From NCBI GenBank assembly GCA_046704485.1, contig JBJKRU010000141.1, positions 1 through 41,633 of the forward strand: a stretch of DNA of 41,633 nucleotides, written 5' to 3'. This DNA comes from Candidatus Limnocylindrales bacterium (lineage in GTDB: Bacteria > Chloroflexota > Limnocylindria > Limnocylindrales > CSP1-4). Numbering within the stretch: the first letter of the stretch is position 1; each line of letters starts with the position of its first letter. Below the pieces are notes generated by a model. That model saw nothing but the letters and a program-made list of their open reading frames with translations. It ran no database searches and was not told the DNA's origin. Below are positions 1 to 7,230 of the stretch, in pieces. A program made the translations under genes and the position numbers.

Positions 1-37
1 CCCGCTGAGGGTGGAGTTCTCCAGTCGCCGCTGGCCC
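1..37. repeat. 37-bp exact direct repeat, copy 1 (identical to 916..952), starting at the first base of the window
   Basis: cccgctgagggtggagttctccagtcgccgctggccc is read identically at 1..37 and 916..952. Identity stops at position 38 (c) versus 953 (a). Confidence 0.95.
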
Positions 38-339
38 CGCCAGACGACCCGGAGCTCGACCGGCGGCCAGCCGACCCGCCAGCCGTCGACCCCGCGCCGC
101 TGCCGCGGGTGGAGCCCGCGGACGAGCTCGACGACGAGCGCCGGGTCCGGCTCGAGCCCCGCCGGCGGCTCGATCGTCAGCCGGACCGACTCGGCCGCGC
201 CCGCTTCCTCGTACGCCCGCTGCCTGGCGACGCCGGCGAGGAATGGCGCGGCTTTGACCGCGAGGTGCAAAGCGACTGCTGCCAGCGCGAACGGGACCGC
301 CGGGCCGAGGACGTCGAGGACCGTGGGGACGTGCAGCAT
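1..339 (-). CDS. partial CDS (first 113 codons, continues past the window start): membrane-anchored protein with weak resemblance to N-termini of actinobacterial TraD/VirD4-like conjugative coupling proteins
   Basis: Absent from the ORF track because it has no stop inside the window. ATG at 339..337, then MLHVPTVLDVLGPAVPFALAAVALHLAVKAAPFLAGVARQRAYEEAGAAESVRLTIEPPAGLEPDPALVVELVRGLHPRQRRGVDGWRVGWPPVELRVVWRGQRRLENSTLSG. Codon position 3 is very G/C-rich and there is a hydrophobic N-terminal helix. The functional guess rests only on a remembered pattern (TM helix followed by a PP..DP..L..L.P-type segment). Confidence 0.4.
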   Translation of the reverse strand, partial: MLHVPTVLDVLGPAVPFALAAVALHLAVKAAPFLAGVARQRAYEEAGAAESVRLTIEPPAGLEPDPALVVELVRGLHPRQRRGVDGWRVGWPPVELRVVWRGQRRLENSTLSG

Positions 340-594
340 GGCGCCCCGTCAATGCCCATGCCGAGCGCGCGGCTCGATCTGCGGCGCCGCAGCCATGCCC
401 ACTGGACGGGCGTTGACGGCGCCGACGGCAGCCCGCCTCGGAGGGCCCGCGGCCCGTATGGATCCCATGACGAGACCGTAGGCGCGAGACCGCGTGAGCT
501 CAATGCTTTCTGTGTACGAAACTGCGTACGTTCGCGTCCAGACCCGTCCGAGCCAGGGACGAAACCCCGGCACTGGGCGCCGTCCGATCGGCGG

Positions 595-2361
595 CTACGG
601 AAGGCGGCGGCCAGTCGGCGATAGGCCTGACGCTGACGATGTCTCGGGCGAATCCGCCAGGATGCGACCCAGGGCCCGCGCAGCCTCCTCGTACTGGGGC
701 TGCGCCTGGGCCGACATGTACAGGAAGAGATCGGTCCGAGCCCTTGATGCCCCGATGTAGATGCCGCGCAACGCCGCCTCGGACTCCAGGTCGCCGAGGT
801 CGACGAAGAGGATTGCGTCTGCCTCGAGCCCCTTGAACGCGTGCACTGTGCAGTAGCGGAGCACCCCCCGATCAGCCACCACGTCTGTGATCCGGTATGC
901 GAGATGCGGGATGCCCCCGCTGAGGGTGGAGTTCTCCAGTCGCCGCTGGCCCAGGATCACGATGTCGGACAGTGCGAAGCCACCTCCGACGAGCGAGGTG
1001 ATGTCGCGCCCAAGGAGGCGAAGCTGGTCGCTCGCGTCTTCGTACCATCGTCGCTGCACGTCGGGCCCTTCGACGACCAGGGTCTCTGTCGGCATGCGTC
1101 GACAGAGCAGGCCCGTCTCGATCGCGATCGGCCTCGTGTTCCGGCAGTTCACAGCGAGTGAGTAGGAGGCGGCGCCGACGCGAAGCTTCTTGAGCAGACC
1201 TGTCTGCGATGCCTCGAAGATGTCCTGCCTCGGGTCGATGAAGATCCGCCAGCGACCGCGGGACAACCCGCCCGCGAGCAGCGCGTCGAAGACGTCGAGA
1301 TCCGCGACGCTCAGGAGATCCTGCGCCTCATCGATGATGATGGTGTCGAAGCGGTCGGGGACCAGTTCGTCCACTAAGGCACGGTACGCCAACTCTGGGT
1401 AGTAGACCTCGAAGAGGTCGCTCTGCGACACGTCTGGGAGCTCGCCTTCCAGCCCGGCCCGGCGCACGATGTCGTGCGCCATGGCATGAAAGCTGAAGAC
1501 GTGGACACCCTTCTCTCCCGAGACGGCACTCGAGAGATAGGAAGCGAGATTCCTGTTGAAGCAGACGAGGGCCGTCGATTCTCCCCGCCTCGCGAAGCGG
1601 AGCGCCTCCTCCACCGCCAAGAAGGTCTTCCCGGTGCCGGCCCCGCCGGAGATGATCGCGCGGTCGTTCTCGGCGAGTCCATCGAGGACGGCGTACTGCT
1701 CGCGGGTTAGCCGCACCAGCTCCTTGTCAATCCGCGCTGCTCGCGCTCTCAGCGACAGCCGCACCTCAAAGTCGGGACGGATCAGTTCGACGATGTCCCG
1801 CGCGAGCGCGGGGTCGACCGTCGTCGGGGACCGGCCCTTGATGGCGCTGAGGCGCTCGTTCCAGAACCCCGCCACGCGCTCTAGGTAGGTGGCGAATGGA
1901 AGGGCAACGTCGTCGGAGTCGTAAACCAGGGCGGGGGTGATGTCTGGCCCCGAGACGGTGAAGGTCGTGTCGGGAGTCACCACGCCATGCCCCACCACAG
2001 CAGACCGGACGGCGGGGAGCTGCTCGCTCAGGTAGGCGTAGAGGGCCGATGCTGCTCCCCCCGCCTGCTCGAATGGACTCTCGGCGTGCGGCGGCGAGTC
2101 CGCTCCGCCCCTGTTCGTGTAGATCCAGGCGCCGTGGTCTCGTCGGAATCTGCCGCCTTTCACCTCGAGCACAAATACACCAAGCGGCCCCACAGCGACG
2201 AAGTCCGCCTCCGCCCACGGCTTGCGCCGGTGTCCGGCAATGCCCACGGAGTGGAAGACGGTCCAGGAGTCGTCGAGTTCTGAGGCCAGGACCGGGAACA
2301 GCTCGCGCTCCGCATCGCTCTTCGTGGCGTCGCCCACGAAGGGCGGGATCATTCTGGCCAT
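595..2361 (-). CDS. NERD-domain nuclease fused to an SF1 (UvrD/AAA-type) helicase
   Basis: Track ORF is 595..2535. I trimmed the start to ATG 2361..2359 (MARMIPPFVGD), which overlaps the TGA of the upstream gene as TGATG; the 58-aa Arg-rich extension looks non-coding. NERD-like N-terminus: ERELFPVLASELDDSWTVFHSVGI...EADFVAVGPLGVFVLEVKGG. Helicase motifs: GGAGTGKTFLA, IIIDEAQDL, IFIDPRQDIF, NCRNTRPI, TVHAFKGLEADAILFV, IYIGASRARTDLFLY. Confidence 0.85.
   Translation of the reverse strand: MARMIPPFVGDATKSDAERELFPVLASELDDSWTVFHSVGIAGHRRKPWAEADFVAVGPLGVFVLEVKGGRFRRDHGAWIYTNRGGADSPPHAESPFEQAGGAASALYAYLSEQLPAVRSAVVGHGVVTPDTTFTVSGPDITPALVYDSDDVALPFATYLERVAGFWNERLSAIKGRSPTTVDPALARDIVELIRPDFEVRLSLRARAARIDKELVRLTREQYAVLDGLAENDRAIISGGAGTGKTFLAVEEALRFARRGESTALVCFNRNLASYLSSAVSGEKGVHVFSFHAMAHDIVRRAGLEGELPDVSQSDLFEVYYPELAYRALVDELVPDRFDTIIIDEAQDLLSVADLDVFDALLAGGLSRGRWRIFIDPRQDIFEASQTGLLKKLRVGAASYSLAVNCRNTRPIAIETGLLCRRMPTETLVVEGPDVQRRWYEDASDQLRLLGRDITSLVGGGFALSDIVILGQRRLENSTLSGGIPHLAYRITDVVADRGVLRYCTVHAFKGLEADAILFVDLGDLESEAALRGIYIGASRARTDLFLYMSAQAQPQYEEAARALGRILADSPETSSASGLSPTGRRLP
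916..952. repeat. 37-bp exact direct repeat, copy 2 (identical to 1..37), inside the NERD-helicase CDS
   Basis: Same 37-mer as 1..37. On the minus strand both copies encode GQRRLENSTLSG in frame within two different proteins. Confidence 0.95.
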
Positions 2362-4082
2362 CAGTCGAAGCGCCGGTCGAGGTATCCCACGCCGTGCGCG
2401 CCCGGGGTGTCCACCACGGAGGCGCGGTCGAGGAGGACGTTGAGCTCCTCGCACGACACCTCGGGCAGGAGCAGGCACGCGTGACACGCCGCTAGGTTGA
2501 GGGCGTCCACACCGCTTCCGAGCGCCTCCGAACACAAGGGGTCAGAGGAACACCACGAGGCCCGCTCGATCACCTCCAGGACTGCCGCCTGAAGCCGGGT
2601 GGCGTTGGCCAGCGCGACGACTCCACCGAGGCTGCCAGCTGAGTCGGAGGACGCGGTGTAGATCAGGATCCCCGCCATCGCGTCGCTGGCGTAGATCCGC
2701 TCGCGGAGCGAGGCTGCGGGGTAGCCGCATTCGAGGGCCCACTGGTTGATCAGGAGGTGGGCAAGCGTGTGAAGCATCACGAACCGCGGGGTGATGCGAC
2801 GGTCGGGTTGCAGGCCTCTTGCCGCGAACCTGGCACGGTAGCGGTCGTCAATCATGCGAATGCGGTTGGCGACAGCTGGCTGGGCCTCCCACCGCCTAAT
2901 CCGATCTGCGTTGGCCTTTAGGAAGATCCCCTCGCCGCTGACGGACATCGCCGGCAGCCACCCCGGGCTCCCTTCGCTGAGGGAGGCGCGCCGCTCCGGC
3001 AGATCGGCTGGCGCTGGCGGCACTACTCGCGTGAAAGCCTCGAGGACGCGAACTTCCCGAAGGCGCGGTACGGCCATAACGGCGTCGAACCACCCACCGA
3101 GATTGCTGCCACCGAGGGGTACGGGTTCGCAAACGAACTCCTGGTCCGCGGCAGTCCCCTCACGACCGCGGACGAGCGCCTCGTACTCCTCGGCGCGAAG
3201 GGAATCGCTATCGCCGACGCCACCATCCTCATCCAGCTGTGAGCGCCTGCGCATGGCAGCTGCAACGAGGTCCTGGACCTTATAGCCAGTCTTCTCTGCG
3301 ATCCCTTCGAGGGCCGCGGGGAGGGTTTCGGCCGGCAGGACACGGAAGATGTTCCAGTGCTTCTCTAGCACCTGGAATAGGCCCTCCGACCAAGGCGGGA
3401 TCGAGAGGGCGGAGCGCAGAACGGGGAACCACACGTTCGAGGCACCGCGTTGAAGGGTGCGCGGAATCTCACCGCAGGAAGAAGCAGCCGCCTTGATCCA
3501 CGGGGCCCGGCCAGAGCAGGTTCCGAGCTGCCGCAGCGCGCTCGCATGGAAGGATCCGTCCATGCTCCGTTCTCGGCCACACGAGCATGAGATCACCACG
3601 TCGCGGAGCGATGCCGTTGCGCCAGCGATGCTCAAGCGAAGGCTGTGCTGCCCATCGCGCGATTGATGCCCCGCGTGCACCCAACGGAAGTAGGGAAAGT
3701 CATCGATGTGCCCGTGCGGGCACGCCACGATGAATCGCGACGGGACGAGGAGCGCCTCGCAGAGCTCGCACTTGTTGCGGTCGGGAGTCGTGAACTCGTG
3801 GTGCGGCGCGAGGCGGCCACAGCTCGGGCACGAGTTCCACAGGGGGAAGCGGACGACAGGAACGTCCGGCTTGTGATCGTCGCCGCTCGCTGGCGGCTCG
3901 ACGAAACCCTCTACGCCAAGCTGCTTCTCGAGCCTCGGCTCGTGAATGTTCTGATCCTGAACCTTCCAATAGTCGAGGCCGGCGACCATGAATGACTCGT
4001 CGCCAAGAGCGATGACAGACCCAACGCCGTACGTCGTGACGAGCTGATGGTGCCGGGCCTCGCCCTTGAGGACTGGTGACAT
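2361..4082 (-). CDS. drmB: DISARM DrmB-like protein (DUF1998 / MrfA-type zinc-binding C-terminal domain)
   Basis: 573 aa. N-terminus YGVGSVIALGDESFMVAGLDYW. Cys/His clusters CPSCGR..CELCEA and CPHGHIDDFPYFRW. C-terminal DUF1998-like LHTLAHLLINQ, IYTASSDSAGSLGG, CSSDPLCS, AACHACLLLPEVSCEELNVLLDR. Lies 4 nt downstream of a DrmA-like helicase. Confidence 0.8.
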   Translation of the reverse strand: MSPVLKGEARHHQLVTTYGVGSVIALGDESFMVAGLDYWKVQDQNIHEPRLEKQLGVEGFVEPPASGDDHKPDVPVVRFPLWNSCPSCGRLAPHHEFTTPDRNKCELCEALLVPSRFIVACPHGHIDDFPYFRWVHAGHQSRDGQHSLRLSIAGATASLRDVVISCSCGRERSMDGSFHASALRQLGTCSGRAPWIKAAASSCGEIPRTLQRGASNVWFPVLRSALSIPPWSEGLFQVLEKHWNIFRVLPAETLPAALEGIAEKTGYKVQDLVAAAMRRRSQLDEDGGVGDSDSLRAEEYEALVRGREGTAADQEFVCEPVPLGGSNLGGWFDAVMAVPRLREVRVLEAFTRVVPPAPADLPERRASLSEGSPGWLPAMSVSGEGIFLKANADRIRRWEAQPAVANRIRMIDDRYRARFAARGLQPDRRITPRFVMLHTLAHLLINQWALECGYPAASLRERIYASDAMAGILIYTASSDSAGSLGGVVALANATRLQAAVLEVIERASWCSSDPLCSEALGSGVDALNLAACHACLLLPEVSCEELNVLLDRASVVDTPGAHGVGYLDRRFD

Positions 4083-4086
4083 CCGC

Positions 4087-7000
4087 CTACCTCAGAAGGA
4101 ACAGGTTCGAGGACCGGTCGACGTCGCGCAGGCTCCAGAGCGTCCCGAAGGGCCCGCCCTTCTCTCGGTCTCCTGCGTCTGGGTCCGCGGCATCGACAAG
4201 CAGCGCCAGCTCGGGGTCCTTGTCGCTGTAGCGGAGCCTTCGATCTTCACGCGCGCGGGCGACCCAGTGGGCGATGATTTCGTCGAGGTGATCCCGAACC
4301 GCTTGGGCGTCCTCGCTCGATACGAACTTCGCGCGCTCGACAAGCTCGTCCCGGATCCCGTTGACGAGGTCCAGGTGCTTGTCGACCTGGCTCGCGCTGC
4401 CGTTGTCGCGAAGGGCGACAATGCGCATGCGCACGGCGGCGACAAGGGCGGCGTGGAGTGCTCGATCTCGAGCCCTAGGCGAGTACGGAGTGACGCTCGA
4501 GGACTCAACCTGCCGGTAAAGCGCGCCATGATAGCCGGCGAAGCCTTCGTAGTGCGACCGGTCGCGCGACCTGGCCGAGTTGAGCAGGACCACGACGAGA
4601 CCGGGGTAGCGGCGGCCGACTCGACTGGTGGCCTGGATGTACTCAGCGGTGCCCTGTGGCTGCCCCATCACGACCATGAGGCCGAGTCGGTCGATGTCGA
4701 CGCCGACAGAGATCATGTTGGTCGCGAGCACGACGTCCAGGGCATCGGGGCCGGACGTGCTGAGCTGGTCGAGGTATCCGGGGATGTCCGCTGACGACTC
4801 CCGGCTGGTGAGTTCAATGACCTTGTCGATCGGGCGGCGATCGTCTTGGTTCGGCTCGAGCAGCTTCAGGCGGTCCACGACGTCGTTGTGGACCTGCATC
4901 CGCGCTCCACTGAGCACGCGCAGGCTGTTGAAGTAGCCTAGGAGGGTCCAATAGGGGTCTACCGCCGCCTGTCCGGCTGCCGAGGCGTACGCCGATTGGA
5001 GCAAACGGGCATACGACCGGACAAGCAGTGTCGTCTGGCTGCTTCCCGGTGCCATGAGTCCGACGTAGAGGCGAGTCCCCTTCCGGTCCCGGCTCGCCTC
5101 AACCGCGAAGAACGAGTCGCGCGAGTCGATCCCCGCAGGCGGGAACTGACGGACTTCCCGGGCGAACAGGGCGATCGTTTGGGCTTGCGCACGCCTGATC
5201 GTTGCCGTGGACGCCACCACCTTCGGCCGTGCGCCGGAGGTGCTGGCGACGCCGTCGATCGCAGCCTCGTAGAGGCCAGCTAGCGTTCCTAGCGGGCCTG
5301 CGATGAGGTGGAGCTCGTCCTGAACGATGAGCTCTGGCGGCGGTGTGCCCGCCCGGTCGAGATTGAACAACGCGTGCGCCTGGGGACGCCAGGCGATACC
5401 AGCGAACTTGTCAGCGGTGGCGATGATCAGGGTCGGATGATGGTCGTAGACGTCATCATCGACGACGAAGACGGGCAGGTCCCGGTAGAACGGGCATTTG
5501 TCGTTTGGACAGCTGATGATCAGCCGGGACTTGTCGAAGGACAGGTTGTAGTTCCGCTCGTCCAGCTGGGTTCGGCACCACGGGCAGCTCTTGAGCTGAA
5601 CAGGGTTCGCTTGCTCGATGGTGACGCCGGCACGCAGCTTCTTGAGCTGGGCTCGGGCTTCGTCCCTGGTGTTGGGAGTGCCGCCCTGCCCAACGTAGAG
5701 CCCCAGCGAGACAGGGGTCTGACCGAGGCGAGCCGCATCCTCGCGCCGAAGAGTCTCGCAGGCGCAGATGAGCGAAGCTGCGCGCTCGAACTGCTGAATG
5801 GTCAAGAGTCGCAACGTGTAGCGCATGAGCGAGGTGACGCCAGCCCCGCTGACGCCGAGGCGCAGCCGGCGGTGGAAGATCGTGAACGCGATCAGCCCGA
5901 GGTAAGCCTCGGTCTTGCCACCGCCCGTGGGGAACCAGAGAAGGTCCACGAGGTCGCGATCCGCCGATCCGGGGTCGACCACGCCTTCGATGCACAGCAG
6001 GATGAACGCGAGCTGGAAGGGGTACCAGGAAATCCCGGTCTCGGAAGGACCTCCGCTCGATCGACCAGACCGATGCCACTCGGCGCGCGACCGGACCGTG
6101 AGAAGGGCGCGACTCGCGAGCTGGAAGGCCTCCCAGGTCGCCGCATCCCGTTCGAGCAGGTCGATCCCGGAACTTATCCGTTGGCACGCCTCAGCGCAGT
6201 CCCTCAGATGGGCGGCGGCGGCTGATCGGTGTACGCCGTCGACTGGCAACTCCCGTTGGACCGCTATCCAGGCTGCATAGGTGGCGGGGAGTTCGCGAAG
6301 CGCGGCGACGACCCTGTCCCGGGCTCCGTTCGCCAAGAAAGCAAGATCCAGGCACTTGAGCTCGATGTCCGGGTTGGACTCCGCGAGGCGAAGCTCATAT
6401 GCCGGGGTGTAGGTCGTTCCGATGGACTTCGGGGGGTCCTGAGTGCGATCCCAGTCGACGCCGCACCCATGCCCCACCGCGTAGGTGCGCGAGTGCCGAT
6501 AGAGGAGTGCGCTCGATCGAGCGTCGGCGTCGATCGCGGACTCCGACGCATTGGGTCGCTCGACGAATGGAGATGTGCCTCCGACGGCGGCCTCGACGGT
6601 CATGTGCGACTGGAAGAACGAGAAGGCGTCCTTCTCGCCACTCGCCACTGGCACGCGGTGCGAGTTGACAAGGGCGAGGGTCACGGCCCACGAGCCCGCC
6701 GCCCACCTCGAGCGCGCGAACAGCTCGAGACCATCCGCGACCGGCCGCCGACTACCGGAATCGGGCGCGCCGATATCGAGACGGATCTCCGCGGCAATCG
6801 GGACGCGTCTCCACGACGCGGCGCCGCGTCCATCGGCGTGCGGGGTCCTCTTGTCCGGCGGCACCTGCTCGCCAACCTGCTCGTACCGTGCGCACGACAC
6901 ATGCACGTCGAGCGCGCCGCGAAAGTCGCCGTGCACGGCGAACGAGAAGCCGACCGATGACGGGTAGCGGATGTGCGCCATGGACACACCCGGATCCTCC

Positions 7001-7230
7001 GACTGGCCGTCCGCGCCGTCCTCGGCCGCGTCGTTGTCCAGCTCGGGGGCGATCAAGTCGGTCGATTGCGGGTACAGGACGCCGACGATGTAGCTGGTGA
7101 TCGGGGCGTCGTCGATCACCTCTGTCGGCGTGCGTGGGCCCTCGAGGTCCGTGCGCAGAGCCTCGATGAGCGCGGCGCGGACCCGGTATTGGGCATCTAG
7201 CAGCAGCTCGCTCACTTCTCGTCGCCCCAC
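4087..7230 (-). CDS. drmA: DISARM DrmA-like SF2 helicase
   Basis: 1047 aa. N-terminal YIVGVLYPQ and RYPSSVGFSF segments. Helicase motifs WFPTGGGKTEAYLGL (I), QDELHLIAGPLGT (II), ASTATI (III), LATNMISVGVDIDRLGLMVV (V), QATSRVGRRYPG (VI). GTG start at 7230; an alternative GTG at 7215 would give a GTGA overlap with the upstream stop. Confidence 0.75.
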   Translation of the reverse strand: MGRREVSELLLDAQYRVRAALIEALRTDLEGPRTPTEVIDDAPITSYIVGVLYPQSTDLIAPELDNDAAEDGADGQSEDPGVSMAHIRYPSSVGFSFAVHGDFRGALDVHVSCARYEQVGEQVPPDKRTPHADGRGAASWRRVPIAAEIRLDIGAPDSGSRRPVADGLELFARSRWAAGSWAVTLALVNSHRVPVASGEKDAFSFFQSHMTVEAAVGGTSPFVERPNASESAIDADARSSALLYRHSRTYAVGHGCGVDWDRTQDPPKSIGTTYTPAYELRLAESNPDIELKCLDLAFLANGARDRVVAALRELPATYAAWIAVQRELPVDGVHRSAAAAHLRDCAEACQRISSGIDLLERDAATWEAFQLASRALLTVRSRAEWHRSGRSSGGPSETGISWYPFQLAFILLCIEGVVDPGSADRDLVDLLWFPTGGGKTEAYLGLIAFTIFHRRLRLGVSGAGVTSLMRYTLRLLTIQQFERAASLICACETLRREDAARLGQTPVSLGLYVGQGGTPNTRDEARAQLKKLRAGVTIEQANPVQLKSCPWCRTQLDERNYNLSFDKSRLIISCPNDKCPFYRDLPVFVVDDDVYDHHPTLIIATADKFAGIAWRPQAHALFNLDRAGTPPPELIVQDELHLIAGPLGTLAGLYEAAIDGVASTSGARPKVVASTATIRRAQAQTIALFAREVRQFPPAGIDSRDSFFAVEASRDRKGTRLYVGLMAPGSSQTTLLVRSYARLLQSAYASAAGQAAVDPYWTLLGYFNSLRVLSGARMQVHNDVVDRLKLLEPNQDDRRPIDKVIELTSRESSADIPGYLDQLSTSGPDALDVVLATNMISVGVDIDRLGLMVVMGQPQGTAEYIQATSRVGRRYPGLVVVLLNSARSRDRSHYEGFAGYHGALYRQVESSSVTPYSPRARDRALHAALVAAVRMRIVALRDNGSASQVDKHLDLVNGIRDELVERAKFVSSEDAQAVRDHLDEIIAHWVARAREDRRLRYSDKDPELALLVDAADPDAGDREKGGPFGTLWSLRDVDRSSNLFLLR

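Noticed and set aside
514-529. Small inverted repeat GTACG-n6-CGTAC in the AT-richer spacer between the NERD-helicase stop and the partial downstream gene
   Set aside because: A 5-bp arm is within chance expectation. It is noted only as a possible operator and is not supported further.
2362-2535. N-terminal extensions in the track ORFs (595..2535, 7212..9215, 17642..18529, 19381..19842, 23928..26762, 37422..38642)
   Set aside because: The extensions are Arg/Pro-rich, overlap the preceding gene, and end at in-frame ATG/GTG codons that give canonical stop/start overlaps or sensible N-termini. I trimmed the starts accordingly.
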